NCBI GenBank assembly: GCA_943787795.1
Contig: CALSNU010000001.1
Location: 864,001-928,000, forward strand
Direction of reading: 5' to 3'
Source of the DNA: an uncultured bacterium
GTDB taxonomy: Bacteria; Planctomycetota; UBA1135; GCA-002686595
DNA length: 64,000 bases
Shown here one piece after another: positions 10,903-21,226 of this stretch (positions are counted from its first letter, which is position 1; every line of letters starts with the position of its first letter). The notes under the pieces are model-generated. The model did no database searches and had not been told where the DNA came from. It worked only from the letters and a program-made list of their open reading frames with translations. The translations under genes and the position numbers were made by a program.

Positions 10903-12345
10903 TCAGGGGGGCGTGCCGTTGATGTAGGCCGTCAGGTAGTCGTAGGCGAGGGTCCCGATCTCGCGGCCGATGGACTGGCCCGCGGGGATGGCGGGGGGGA
11001 AGTGCACGCCCGCCCAGAAGCGGCTCATGCCGCACTCCTGTTCGAACTCGGTCCAGGTGTTCCAGCCGATGGTGATGTTCTGCTGGGGGGTGTGGCCCGG
11101 CTCGATGCGTGAGCTGCCCTGGAGGACGTCGATGGACCAGCCCAGGCTGTCGGTGCCGAGGAAGAGGCGGCTCGACTGGGCGTGGGCCGCGCAGAACGCG
11201 GCGGAGGCCGAGGGGTACTCGGGGTGGTCCGCCACGGGCAGGTAGCTCTGCCACTGGTTCGCCGGCAGGTCCACCGTCCCCTGGCCCGGGCCGCCCCAGG
11301 CGGTCACCAGTTGATCCTGGTAGAGGTAGCGGATCGCGGAGAAGGGGCGCACCGCGTCGTGCCGACGCTTCTCCTTCCAGATGGCGATGCCGGTGTCGAA
11401 GGCCGCGAGGTTGGTGAGGAAGTCGTAGTGCACGAACTCCTCCAGCGACATGTTCTGCGAGACCGTGACGAACAGGGCGGAGAAGCCCAGGGACGAGATC
11501 TTGTCGTCGAACAGCTCGGCGATCATCTTCTGCCGGTCGGTCATCAGCGCGGACGCGCGGAGCACGGCGTCGGCCTGGCGGCGGTAGTTGGGGTTCGCGG
11601 GGTTGCTGGCCACCGGGGGGATGGCGTTGAACTGCGCGGGGTTCGAGTAGCTGTACGGCTCGACGAGGGCGTACTGGGGCGTGACGAACTGCTGGGCGCG
11701 GAAGATGCCGTAGCCGTTGTCGGTGATGGAGGGCTGCCACTTGCCCGGGTGAGCCAGCTCGTAGGGAGAGTTGGCCGGCTCGTACTCGGTGTAGTCGGAG
11801 TAGGGGCGACCGGTGTCGGCGCGCACCACGGTGGGGTCGGTGGGCTCATCCCCCAGCTGGTTCATGCCGTCGTGCTCGCGGGCGGCGACGACGGCGGCGC
11901 CCGTCACGTTGCCGATCCCCACGGGCGTGGAGAGGTCCGTGCTGGTGTCATCGGGGTCGAGCCCGACGCTGAGCATCATCTGCCTCCACTCCTCCGTGAA
12001 GGTGGGGTAGAGGCTGTCCAGCATCCGCAGCGAGGCGTAGAAGATGGCCGTGTTGCGGTTGGTGTCGTTCTGTTCGGCCGCCGGGCGGCGGGGGATCGTG
12101 GAGGAGATGCCCACCGCCGTGGTGTGGTACGGGGCGATGGCGTCGAACCACACGTGGTTGAGCAGCGTCGTGGTCCGCAGGATCAGGGGCGCATCGCCGG
12201 GGGAGACGACCTGGAAGATGACCGGGACGGCGGCGGGGATGACGACGTCGCGGGGCGCCTGGTCGCTGGAGAACGAGAACGAGCCCTGCGCGAGCGCCGG
12301 AGCGGCGCTGAGCAGGGTCACCATGAGGGCGGACCGGAGATGCAT
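10903..12345 (-). CDS. Secreted vanadium-haloperoxidase/PAP2-like protein
   Basis: Signal peptide ending ALA-Q; motifs KRRHDAVRP, HPEYPSAS and SRFWAGVHF. Confidence 0.75.
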   Translation of the reverse strand: MHLRSALMVTLLSAAPALAQGSFSFSSDQAPRDVVIPAAVPVIFQVVSPGDAPLILRTTTLLNHVWFDAIAPYHTTAVGISSTIPRRPAAEQNDTNRNTAIFYASLRMLDSLYPTFTEEWRQMMLSVGLDPDDTSTDLSTPVGIGNVTGAAVVAAREHDGMNQLGDEPTDPTVVRADTGRPYSDYTEYEPANSPYELAHPGKWQPSITDNGYGIFRAQQFVTPQYALVEPYSYSNPAQFNAIPPVASNPANPNYRRQADAVLRASALMTDRQKMIAELFDDKISSLGFSALFVTVSQNMSLEEFVHYDFLTNLAAFDTGIAIWKEKRRHDAVRPFSAIRYLYQDQLVTAWGGPGQGTVDLPANQWQSYLPVADHPEYPSASAAFCAAHAQSSRLFLGTDSLGWSIDVLQGSSRIEPGHTPQQNITIGWNTWTEFEQECGMSRFWAGVHFPPAIPAGQSIGREIGTLAYDYLTAYINGTPP

Positions 12346-12454
12346 GGCAGACGAGGGAAGGCGGGTACGCCTGCAGGCAGGCGTCAGCGGGAGGAAGAGA
12401 CCCCAGGCTACGCCCCGCGGCGGGTCTGCGTAAGACCCACCTGTCCGCGCCGGC

Positions 12455-14692
12455 TCACCGCGGGACCTGGAGGCCGCCCACGTCCAGCGCGAAGGCGCTG
12501 AGCCCGTGGGTCACGGCCACGAGGGTGGAGGTCTCGCCGTGGAGTCCCAGGTCGAGCACGGGGGCGGTCGGCATGCCGCGGGAGATGGACTCCCAGGTCG
12601 CGCCGTCGTCCCGGGAGACGTAGACCCCGAGGTCCGTGCCGGCGTAGATCAGCCCTTCGAGCTGTGGGTCCTCGAGGACCACGTTGACCCCGGCTGCGGG
12701 CAGGCCGTCTCCGATGGAGGTCCAGGTGCGTCCGAAGTCCAGGGAGCGGTAGACGTGGGGGCGATGCTCGCCGCCGCCCGCTCCGGAGAGGCAGACGAGG
12801 ACGCGCTCGGAGTCCCGGTGCCCGAGGGTCACGCTCTCGACGGATCGCCGGGGCAGGCCGTCGCCGGCGGGGGTCCAGGTCGCGCCGCCGTCGGCGGACA
12901 GGGACATCCGGCCTCCGTCACCGCCGGCGGCGAGGCGCTTCTCGTCCACGGGAGATTCGACCAGAACCTTGAGCGCCCCCCGGCCTCCCGTGAGGTCCGG
13001 GCTGATGACGGCCCACGTGTCGCCTCGATCCTCGGACCGGTGGACGTGCTGCGAGGCGCAGTAGAGGACGCCTTCGGCGTGGAGCGAGGGGAGCAGGGGC
13101 GTGTTCCACTCGAAGCGCAGGCGCGGCTCACCCTCGGCTGCCCGCGGCGTGATGCGGCGGCCAGAATCCCGGCCCCAGCGCAGGGGCGCGCCGGGCCGCT
13201 TGCGGCGCATGTCGCCGTTCTGGTGCTCGTAGTAGACGGTGCCGTCGCCAGACGGATCAGGGAAGGTCGCGAAGCCGTCGCCGCCGTCCCAGGGGTCGAG
13301 GTAGACGTAGCTCCAGTCATCGGAGCGAAGGTCCGCAAGGACCGCAGACGACGGGGCTGAGAGCGAGGCGTTGTCCTGGGTCCCGCCCCAGAGGCGGAAC
13401 GGCTCCGCGCCGTCCAGGTGCACCGTGTAGAACTCCGCGATGGGCAGGTTGTTCAGGTGCAGCCAGCTCTCCGCGCGGTCCATGGAGACGTAGAGGCCGC
13501 CGTCGGTCCCCAGCAGGATCCGATCCGGGTTCCCCGGGTCGATCCACAGGTCGTGCATGTCCAGGTGCATGCCCTTGCCTGGATGCTCCTGCAGGCGGAA
13601 GACCTCCTCGCCGCCTCGCTTGAAGGTGGCGCCGCCGTCGCTGGACACCATGAGTCGGAAGCCGCACACGTACACCTGATCCGCGTCGTCCGGCGAGACC
13701 ATCACGTCGCAGAAGTCCCATCCCACGTAGGTGTCCACGTAGGCCTCGGAGGTCCGAGCCCAGGTGTCGCCGCCGTCGTCCGAGCGGAAGAGGGCGCCGC
13801 CCACGTCGTAGCGGCCGTTGCCGGGGGGGGAGTGGTCCACCATCAGCGCGTACACCACGCCGCGCTCGCTGGCGGAGGCGGCCACGGCGACACGGCCCAC
13901 GTCCTTGCCCTGCAGCAGGCCACCCTCGAGGCGCGTCCAGGAGACGCCGCCGTCGGTGCTCCGGAAGACGCCGCCCTCGCCCTGGCGCCGCCGGTCCCAC
14001 CCCGCGGCCCAGAGCCGGTCCGGGTCGAACGGGTCGCGGACGAGGTCGATGATCCCCACGTGCGGGCCAGCGTGGAGCGTCCGCTCCCAGGACTCGCCGC
14101 CGTCGCGGCTCACGTGGACGCCGCGGCCCTCATGGGCGCCGCCGCGGGGGCCGATCACGGCCACGTGGATCAGGTTCGAATCGGAGGGGTGCACCAGCAC
14201 CTTGCCGATCCGCGCGCTGTCCACGAGCCCCATGTTGCGCCAGGTCTCGCCTCCATCCCCGGAGCGGAAGACGCCGGTGCCGTCGTAGGACATCCCGCCG
14301 AGGTGAGCCTCGCCGGTGCCGACCCAGACGACGTCGCCGTCGCTGGGATCCACGGTCACGTCGCCCACCGCGAAGGTGGACTCGTTGGCGAACACGTGGC
14401 GCCAGGAGAGGCCGCCGTTGACGGACTTCCAGACGCCGCCGGACCCGACGCCGGCGTAGATGACGCCGGGCTTGCCCCTCGGGGAGTCCACCGCCTCGAT
14501 GCGCCCGCCGCAGTTCTTCGGCCCGAGAGGACGCCAGCGGGCCTCCTTCATGGGGCCCTCGCCGGTACGTCTGCGGTGCTCCTCCCAGGCTGCGATCCGA
14601 GCCGAGCCCGAGGGAGGGACGGGTGAGGAGGAGAAGGGGGCGGGAAGCGGCGCGCCCTGGGCGCTGACGATGAGGAGGACGGTGGAGAGCAC
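12455..14692 (-). CDS. BNR/Asp-box (VPS10/sortilin-like) beta-propeller protein, putative glycosyl hydrolase
   Basis: Many SxDGGxxW repeats, 'WRPLGP...GGRI' and 'WGGTQDN'. Confidence 0.85.
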   Translation of the reverse strand: MLSTVLLIVSAQGAPLPAPFSSSPVPPSGSARIAAWEEHRRRTGEGPMKEARWRPLGPKNCGGRIEAVDSPRGKPGVIYAGVGSGGVWKSVNGGLSWRHVFANESTFAVGDVTVDPSDGDVVWVGTGEAHLGGMSYDGTGVFRSGDGGETWRNMGLVDSARIGKVLVHPSDSNLIHVAVIGPRGGAHEGRGVHVSRDGGESWERTLHAGPHVGIIDLVRDPFDPDRLWAAGWDRRRQGEGGVFRSTDGGVSWTRLEGGLLQGKDVGRVAVAASASERGVVYALMVDHSPPGNGRYDVGGALFRSDDGGDTWARTSEAYVDTYVGWDFCDVMVSPDDADQVYVCGFRLMVSSDGGATFKRGGEEVFRLQEHPGKGMHLDMHDLWIDPGNPDRILLGTDGGLYVSMDRAESWLHLNNLPIAEFYTVHLDGAEPFRLWGGTQDNASLSAPSSAVLADLRSDDWSYVYLDPWDGGDGFATFPDPSGDGTVYYEHQNGDMRRKRPGAPLRWGRDSGRRITPRAAEGEPRLRFEWNTPLLPSLHAEGVLYCASQHVHRSEDRGDTWAVISPDLTGGRGALKVLVESPVDEKRLAAGGDGGRMSLSADGGATWTPAGDGLPRRSVESVTLGHRDSERVLVCLSGAGGGEHRPHVYRSLDFGRTWTSIGDGLPAAGVNVVLEDPQLEGLIYAGTDLGVYVSRDDGATWESISRGMPTAPVLDLGLHGETSTLVAVTHGLSAFALDVGGLQVPR

Positions 14693-14871
14693 GTGGCCAT
14701 GGTACCGGCACCCTCTCCCGCGACGGCGATCGACCCGATCCCGCCGCTGTCGCGGTAGGCTCGTCCGTCCTCCAACGCGGAGCGACCCTCAGAGGCCGTG
14801 GCCCGAACCGCCCCGGGAGAGCCACCCTGCCCACGAGGTCGCCGCCACCTCCCCGTCACCCCGTTCCCGCC

Positions 14872-15801
14872 ATGCTCTCACCGCTCAACGCCCTGCTCAT
14901 CGCAGCCCTCCTGCCCGCCGCGCTGGACGCTGGCGTCACCGAGCCGGTGCCGTTCCGAACGCCGGAGGCCGTGGAGCTGGAGCTCTGGCCCGCCGGCGTC
15001 CCCGGCGCCCCCGAGGCGCCGCCCGACGAGGTCGTGCGGGACCGGGAGGGGGGCGGCGACCGCCACGTGTCGCGCGTTCATGTCCCGACCATCACCGCGT
15101 ACCTCCCCGCGGAGGGCGCAGAGCCCCGGCCCGCGGTCGTGATCTGCCCGGGGGGCGGCTACGGCCTGCTGGCCCTGGACAAGGAGGGCCATGACGTGGC
15201 CCGCTGGTTCGCGGAGCGCGGCGTCGTGGGCGTGGTCCTGAAGTACCGCCTGCCGCGCCCCGCCGGTCACGTCTACGGCCACGAGGCGCCGCTGGCCGAC
15301 GCGGCCCGGGCCCTCGCCCTCGTGCGCGAGCAGGCCGAGGGCTGGGGCGTCGACGTGGGGCGGGTCGGCATCATGGGGTTCTCGGCCGGCGGCCACCTGG
15401 CCGCCAGCGCGTCCGTCCAGCTCGGCGAGGCGGGGCCGGACTTCAGCGTGCTGGTCTATCCCGTCATCTCCATGGTGGCCGAGGTCACCCACGGCGGTTC
15501 GAAGAAGAACCTGCTCGGCCCGGACCCGGACGCGGAGCTGGTGGAGCGCTTCTCGAGCGAGCTGCAGGTCACCAAGGCCACCCCGCCAGCCTTCCTCGTC
15601 CACACCTCGGACGACTGGGTCAAGGTGGAGAACTCTCTGCGCTACTACTCTGCCCTGCGCGCGGCGGGCGTCTCCGCCGAGCTGCACGTGTTCGCCCGCG
15701 GCGGCCACGGCTACGGCATGCGCCGGCCGGACCTCCCGGTGGGGCGCTGGCCGGCGCTGCTCGACGCGTGGATCAAGAACGTGATCGACGCGGCGGACTG
15801 A
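14872..15801 (+). CDS. Secreted alpha/beta hydrolase (acetyl/feruloyl esterase-like)
   Basis: Motifs 'CPGGGY', GFSAGG, 'YPVIS' and 'GGHGYG'. Confidence 0.85.
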   Translation: MLSPLNALLIAALLPAALDAGVTEPVPFRTPEAVELELWPAGVPGAPEAPPDEVVRDREGGGDRHVSRVHVPTITAYLPAEGAEPRPAVVICPGGGYGLLALDKEGHDVARWFAERGVVGVVLKYRLPRPAGHVYGHEAPLADAARALALVREQAEGWGVDVGRVGIMGFSAGGHLAASASVQLGEAGPDFSVLVYPVISMVAEVTHGGSKKNLLGPDPDAELVERFSSELQVTKATPPAFLVHTSDDWVKVENSLRYYSALRAAGVSAELHVFARGGHGYGMRRPDLPVGRWPALLDAWIKNVIDAAD

Positions 15802-15819
15802 GCCGCGGGTCCACCTCGC

Positions 15820-16716
15820 TCAGGCTCGCCACCCGCGCAGGCGGAGGGGCTCGATGAGCATCATGTGCGGGACCGTCAGGGCGGCCAGGCCGATGAAGAT
15901 GATCTGGAGCGTGCGGGCGTCGAGGGTCGCGCCTTCCAGGGCGTAGAACGCCACGGGGATGGCCGCGGCGGTGGCCAGGGTGGGGAGCGCCGACGCGCGG
16001 AGCAGCTGGGCGGGTGCGAGGTCGAAGACGGCGCCGGTGCGGAGCACGTGGCGGGCCGAGTGCAGCACGCAGAAGTAGATGGCGAAGGCCGTGAGGGGCG
16101 GGGCCAGGGTCGCGAGGAGGGCCGTGGCGGCGGCCTCGATGAGCGACGCGGTGGGGACCGCATGGGGGGGCGCCGCGGTCGCGCCGCGGAGGCGTCCCAG
16201 GGCGGCGAGGGCGAGGACGCCGAGGAGGGTGCCGAGGAAGAGGGGGGCCCCGGCGGCGAGCGCGCGGGCGAGGGCCTCGGCCCCCGCGGCCGGGACCAGC
16301 ATGGCGAACAGCTCCGCCAGCTCCTCCCCGTGGAGGAGCGCGGGGAGGACGATGGGGGACGCGCCGTGGAGGCCGCGGAGGAGCGTCGGGGTGCCCGCCT
16401 CCAGGTCACCGCTGAAGTGGAACCCTGAGATGAGGAGGAAGACCGTGAGGGAGGCGGTGGGCGCCAGGATCCAGAGGCCCACAACCGCCGCGGCGATGGC
16501 CACGTAGGCGGCCGTGAACATGACCCAGGTTTCGAGGCGCCGCACCCTCAGGGTGCGCGCCGCGTGGATGACGTCCAGGGCGCCGTGGGGGACCCCGAGG
16601 AGGACCACGGCCGCCGCCACCACGAACAGCTCCAGGGACGGCCAGCCGGTGCGCAGCGCGGCGCTGGCCGCCGTGACGATGAGGGCCAAGGCGCAGAAGA
16701 CGACCGTGTGCCTCAT
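15820..16716 (-). CDS. blh: Beta-carotene 15,15'-dioxygenase (Brp/Blh)
   Basis: Motifs GVPHGALD, HFSGD, LHSARH and LTVPHM; last gene of the rhodopsin operon. Confidence 0.92.
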   Translation of the reverse strand: MRHTVVFCALALIVTAASAALRTGWPSLELFVVAAAVVLLGVPHGALDVIHAARTLRVRRLETWVMFTAAYVAIAAAVVGLWILAPTASLTVFLLISGFHFSGDLEAGTPTLLRGLHGASPIVLPALLHGEELAELFAMLVPAAGAEALARALAAGAPLFLGTLLGVLALAALGRLRGATAAPPHAVPTASLIEAAATALLATLAPPLTAFAIYFCVLHSARHVLRTGAVFDLAPAQLLRASALPTLATAAAIPVAFYALEGATLDARTLQIIFIGLAALTVPHMMLIEPLRLRGWRA

Positions 16717-17864
16717 CCGACCTCCCCCAGGGGGCGCCGCAAGAGGGCGGCCCCGGCCTCACGAAGGAAGGGTCCCGGAGGCAGGGAGCCCACGATCGCG
16801 AGGGCGTCCAGCGGCGAGCCGAGGTCGCTCAGGAACCGGATCACGCGCTCGGTGGAGGCGCGGGCGAAGAGGCCGGCCAGCAGCTCCGGACCGCGCTCGG
16901 GTTCTGCCCGAAGGACCCGCAGGAAGACGGTGTCCATGGCGCGGCGAAGGAGGGGGTCGGGTTGAACGGCGCGCGGGGTGCCGTCCCCGAGGAGGCTCGC
17001 CGCGCAGGTGTCGGCCCAGGCCTGGATACGCTGGAAGGCGTACCCCGTGCTCGGGCGCGCGCCCCCGTGGAACAGGCCGGCCTGGACCCAGGGCCTTGGG
17101 GTGAGGGGGCCGGCGAGCCCCATGGGGAGCGCGCTGTGCTCGGAGCGCCGGACCGAGACAGGGCCGCCTCCCACAAGCCGCGCGGTGGCGCGGTCGAGGT
17201 CTCCACGGAGCTCGGACGCTGCGAGGGCCTGTGGACCGAAGACCGTGGTCTCCACCAGCGCCTCGTGGGCGCTCAGCGGCAGGACGTAGCTGAACTGGAC
17301 GCCCCGGCGATTCGGGTCGTCGAAGTCCATCAGGGTGAGGACCTGGGGGTCGAAGCTGGGGGCCTCGACCGTCACGACCTGCCCCAGGAACGACTGCCAC
17401 AGGAGGCACTCCGGCAGGGGCGTCGGGGGCCGCGTGTCGATGACATGGCGCGCGCGAAAGGTCTCGTGTGCCGTGCGGACCAGCCACCCGTCGCCGTCGG
17501 GCACCGGGTCGCCCGTCACCCTCGCTCCAAGCTGGAGCGAGACGGCCCCGCAGCCCTCGATGCGCTCCTGGACGTGCTCGTAGTAGGGGAGCGCCGTGAG
17601 CATCTGATAGGGGGTCGCGCCGCAGTCGTAGGTCTCGAGGCGCCCACCGCTCCCGACGGCCATCCGGTTCCATGACGCGCTGACCAGGTCCTCGAACCTG
17701 TGGGCGCGGGTCCGCCAGAAGCTCCAGGTGCGATCGTCCTCGTAGCCCTCGCGCCCCTCGAGGACGAGGGTGCGCGGGCTGGAGGTGCCGTGATCGGTCA
17801 GGCGCAGGGCGAGCGCGAGGCCCGCGCAGCCGCCGCCGAGCACGAGCAGGTCCAGCTCACCCAC
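16713..17864 (-). CDS. crtY: Lycopene beta-cyclase
   Basis: Motifs GGGCAGLALA, DRTWSFW, LMDF, FSYVLP and RPSTGYAF; operon context. Confidence 0.9.
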   Translation of the reverse strand: MGELDLLVLGGGCAGLALALRLTDHGTSSPRTLVLEGREGYEDDRTWSFWRTRAHRFEDLVSASWNRMAVGSGGRLETYDCGATPYQMLTALPYYEHVQERIEGCGAVSLQLGARVTGDPVPDGDGWLVRTAHETFRARHVIDTRPPTPLPECLLWQSFLGQVVTVEAPSFDPQVLTLMDFDDPNRRGVQFSYVLPLSAHEALVETTVFGPQALAASELRGDLDRATARLVGGGPVSVRRSEHSALPMGLAGPLTPRPWVQAGLFHGGARPSTGYAFQRIQAWADTCAASLLGDGTPRAVQPDPLLRRAMDTVFLRVLRAEPERGPELLAGLFARASTERVIRFLSDLGSPLDALAIVGSLPPGPFLREAGAALLRRPLGEVG

Positions 17865-18795
17865 GCTGCGCCTCGGCCTGGTTGGCGCCGCCGAGCCCAG
17901 CGAGGTGGCGGTGCAGGGTGGGGGAGTGGTGGTCGGGGCGGCACCAGAATGCGGGCCGCGGCACCGAGGAGAGGAGGGCGGTGGCCGTCGTGAGCGCCTT
18001 GGCGGCGGCGGGGACGTACGCCCTCTCGCTCAGGCGGTCGCCGAGGGCCAGGGCTCGCGGGCCGATGGCTCGGTAGTTCTGCGCCGCCACGAGCATGGCC
18101 GCGCGCGCTCGCAGCGGGAGGAAGGGGAGGCCGCGGATGCCGCTTCGGTAGTAGCCCTCCGCGCGCTCGAGGAGCGCACGGCGGCCGTCGACGAGCGACC
18201 GATGTTGCGCAGGGGTCGGCGCGAGGATGGCCTCGGGCGAGAGCTCGCCCACCAGGGAGGCTGGGATGTAGCGGCGGCCGATCAGGGCGTCCTCGTGGAT
18301 GTCTCGCGCGATGTTCGTCAGCTGCATGCCGATCCCGAGGTCGATGGCGTGGGGCAGCGCGGCCGCCTCCGGGCGGTCCAGCGCGAAGCACATCATCACG
18401 CCCACGGTCCCCGCGACACGGTAGCAATAACGGATCAACGCCCGCTCGTCGGCGAGCTGCACCTCTCCGAGGTCCGAGAGGACACCGTCGATCAACGCGA
18501 GCGCCGCCTCGACCCCGGGGCCCGCGCCCCCGAGGATCCCCAGGACCGCGGCGAGCATCGGGTCCGATGAGGTGCCCCGCTCCAGGTCGGAGCGGATCGC
18601 GGCCAGGTCCTGAGCCGCCTGGACGGGATCCTCGGACTCGTCCGCGACGTCGTCGAGGTATCGGCAGAAGGCGTAGAGCCGGGTCGAGCGCTCGGCGTGG
18701 CGGCTCCCCAGGAAGCGGCGGGCCCAGGCAAAGGTCTTGCCGTTCTCCCGGAGCACGCGGTCGGCGTCCTCGAGGGTCCCCGCCTGCTGGATCAT
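17857..18795 (-). CDS. crtB: Phytoene synthase
   Basis: Motifs YAFCRYLDDVAD, YCYRVAGTVG and QLTNIARDI.ED. Confidence 0.95.
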   Translation of the reverse strand: MIQQAGTLEDADRVLRENGKTFAWARRFLGSRHAERSTRLYAFCRYLDDVADESEDPVQAAQDLAAIRSDLERGTSSDPMLAAVLGILGGAGPGVEAALALIDGVLSDLGEVQLADERALIRYCYRVAGTVGVMMCFALDRPEAAALPHAIDLGIGMQLTNIARDIHEDALIGRRYIPASLVGELSPEAILAPTPAQHRSLVDGRRALLERAEGYYRSGIRGLPFLPLRARAAMLVAAQNYRAIGPRALALGDRLSERAYVPAAAKALTTATALLSSVPRPAFWCRPDHHSPTLHRHLAGLGGANQAEAQRG

Positions 18796-20267
18796 CCGAC
18801 CGTTTCGGCCGGCACGAGCTTGTCCACCACCTTGGCGGAGCAGAGGACCCCCGGCATGCCCGCACCGGGGTGCGTCCCGGCGCCGACGAGGTAGAGGTTG
18901 CGGATGCCCTCTGCCCGGTTATGGAAGCGGAACCAGGCGGACTGACGGAACAGCGGGGCGACGGAGAACCCCGCGCCGTGGACGCTGAGGTAGTCGGTCT
19001 TGAAGTCCTCGGGCGTCATGTAGAAGTCTGCGGTGATGGTCTCCTGCAGCCCGGGGAGCATGGTCTCGTCCAGCGACTTGACGATGCGGTCACGCAGGCG
19101 CGGCCCCTCGACCGACCAGTCCACGTCGCCCTGCAGATTCGGGACGGGGCACAGCACGTAGAAGCTGTCGCAGCCCTCCGGCGCGAAGCTCGGGTCGGTG
19201 GCGGTGGGGCGGTGGACGTAGAGCGAGAAGTCCTCTGCGAGCACCTTCTTGTTGAAGATGTCGTTGAGCAGTTCCTTGTAGCGCTTGCCGAACCACACGG
19301 TGTGGTGCGCCACGTCGGGGTACTGCTTGGTGGTCCCGAAGTAGAGGACGAACAGGCCCATGGAGTAATGCGCCGAGGCGAGCTTGGCCTTCGAGGCGAG
19401 GCTACGTTCCGGGCGGGGGATCATCTCGCCGTGGAGATAGGCGGCGTCCGCGTTGGAGACCGTGACCTCTGCTCGCCGCTCCTCGCCGCCTTCAAGCACG
19501 ACACCCTTCGCGTCGCCCTTCTCGACCAGGACGCGCTCGACGGTCTGGCCCATCTCGATGCGAATGCCCTGACGCCGCATCAGGTCCTCGAGCGCCTTCA
19601 CGATGGCGCCCGTGCCTCCCATGGCGAAGTGGATGCCCCACTCCCGCTCCACGTGGTGGATGAGGCTATAGATGCTCGTGGTGTCGAACGGGTTCCCGCC
19701 GACCAGCAGCGGCTGGATCGAGAAGGCCCACTGGAGCTTGGGGTGAGAGAGGTACTTCGAGACGAACTGCCAAACGGTGAGGTGACTCCGCAGCTCCATG
19801 AGCTTTGGGATTTGCTTCACCATGGTCCCGAACCGGTGGAAGGGCTCGTCGGACAGCTCGGTGAAGCCCACGTCGAAGATGCGCTTCGAGTGCTCCAGGA
19901 GCCGCTCGTACCCCTCGACGTCCTTCGGCTCGATGCGGGCGATCTCGGCCTTGGTGTCCTCGATGGAGCCGCCGTAGTCGAAGTGGGTGCCGTCGGGGTA
20001 CTGGAAGCGGTACCAGGGGGTGAGGGGGACCAGCGTCACATGATCCGAGAAGCGCTCGCCAAACAGCTCGAAGAGCTCCTCGAAGAGGAACGGCGCCGTG
20101 ACCACTGTCGGGCCTGCGTCATGTTTGAAGCCGTCCCGCTCGAACGTTCGGGCGCGGCCACCGAGGCGCTCACCCCGCTCGAGCAGGGTGACGTCGTAGC
20201 CTTTGGCTCGGAGCCGAAGAGCGGCGGCGATGCCACCGAGGCCGCCGCCGCAGACAATGGCGCTCAT
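18792..20267 (-). CDS. crtI: Phytoene desaturase
   Basis: Motifs GGGLGG, DAGPTVVT, LLVGGNPF and VGAGTHPGAG.PGV. Confidence 0.95.
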   Translation of the reverse strand: MSAIVCGGGLGGIAAALRLRAKGYDVTLLERGERLGGRARTFERDGFKHDAGPTVVTAPFLFEELFELFGERFSDHVTLVPLTPWYRFQYPDGTHFDYGGSIEDTKAEIARIEPKDVEGYERLLEHSKRIFDVGFTELSDEPFHRFGTMVKQIPKLMELRSHLTVWQFVSKYLSHPKLQWAFSIQPLLVGGNPFDTTSIYSLIHHVEREWGIHFAMGGTGAIVKALEDLMRRQGIRIEMGQTVERVLVEKGDAKGVVLEGGEERRAEVTVSNADAAYLHGEMIPRPERSLASKAKLASAHYSMGLFVLYFGTTKQYPDVAHHTVWFGKRYKELLNDIFNKKVLAEDFSLYVHRPTATDPSFAPEGCDSFYVLCPVPNLQGDVDWSVEGPRLRDRIVKSLDETMLPGLQETITADFYMTPEDFKTDYLSVHGAGFSVAPLFRQSAWFRFHNRAEGIRNLYLVGAGTHPGAGMPGVLCSAKVVDKLVPAETVG

Positions 20268-20273
20268 CGTGGA

Positions 20274-21170
20274 TCAGATGCGCGCTGCGAAGCGGCGCGC
20301 GAGCTCTTGGAGGGGGGCGCCTGCACCGTGGGGGAGGTCCTCGGCCAGCGCGATCGATTCGTGGAGCAGCTCGAGGGCGCGCTCACGGGCGAGGGCGATG
20401 CCGCCGGTGCCAGAGCGATCGTTTGCGAGCATGACATAGTTGAGGCGCCCAGCGCCGCTCGAGGCGGCGAGGTCGCTCTCGAGGTCTTCGAGGTCGTCCG
20501 CGATCTGGTAGCCGATGGCGAGCGCGTGCGCGGCCCGTCTGGCCTGCGGCACGGCGTGCTCGCAGCCCGCATAGAGCAGCGCGAGCTCGATGGGGAGGGC
20601 GAACAGGACGCCGGACTTCTCCGCGGCGACCTGCTCGTACTCGCGGAGGGTTGTGCCCGTGTGGGCGCTGACCGCCAGGTCTGCGGTCTGCCCGTGGATC
20701 AGGAGGGAGGTGCGAAGGTGGGTGTGCGCCACCAGCGGACCGATGCGCGCTCCGTCTGAGAGAGTTGAGAGGGCGCCGTAGGCCGCGGAGAGCATGAGCG
20801 CGCCAGTGCAGAGAGCCACCTCGGCGCCGAACTTGACCCAGACGGCCGGTGTTCCTCTGCGCTCGGTGTCCTTGTCCTGGAGGTCGTCGAAAACGAGCGA
20901 CGAGTTGTGGAGAAGCTCCACGGTGGCCGCGAGGGCCAGGTTGTCTGCGTCGGGGATGCCGAGGGCGGATCCAGCTTGCAGGGCGAGCTCTGCGCGGGCG
21001 CGCTTTCCACCTGACTCCAGGTGGTAGCACGCCGCGCGCAGGGCCGCCGAACCCGCGCCGCGTCGGGCCCCGCCGGACGACTCCACGAAGGCCACCAGAG
21101 CTTGATCAGAGAGTCCGAGTCGCGTTGCCGCGTGGTCGGTCGCTTCGTCCCTTCGCTGTGTGGTGGTCAT
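20274..21170 (-). CDS. crtE: Geranylgeranyl diphosphate synthase
   Basis: Motifs GGKRAR, ELLHNSSLVFDDLQD...RRG and YQIADD. Confidence 0.9.
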   Translation of the reverse strand: MTTTQRRDEATDHAATRLGLSDQALVAFVESSGGARRGAGSAALRAACYHLESGGKRARAELALQAGSALGIPDADNLALAATVELLHNSSLVFDDLQDKDTERRGTPAVWVKFGAEVALCTGALMLSAAYGALSTLSDGARIGPLVAHTHLRTSLLIHGQTADLAVSAHTGTTLREYEQVAAEKSGVLFALPIELALLYAGCEHAVPQARRAAHALAIGYQIADDLEDLESDLAASSGAGRLNYVMLANDRSGTGGIALARERALELLHESIALAEDLPHGAGAPLQELARRFAARI

Positions 21171-21226
21171 GCCTTGAAGTCGTCGTGATGCGGTGCCTTG
21201 ACGGTCGGTACAGGTCAGTAGGGCGA

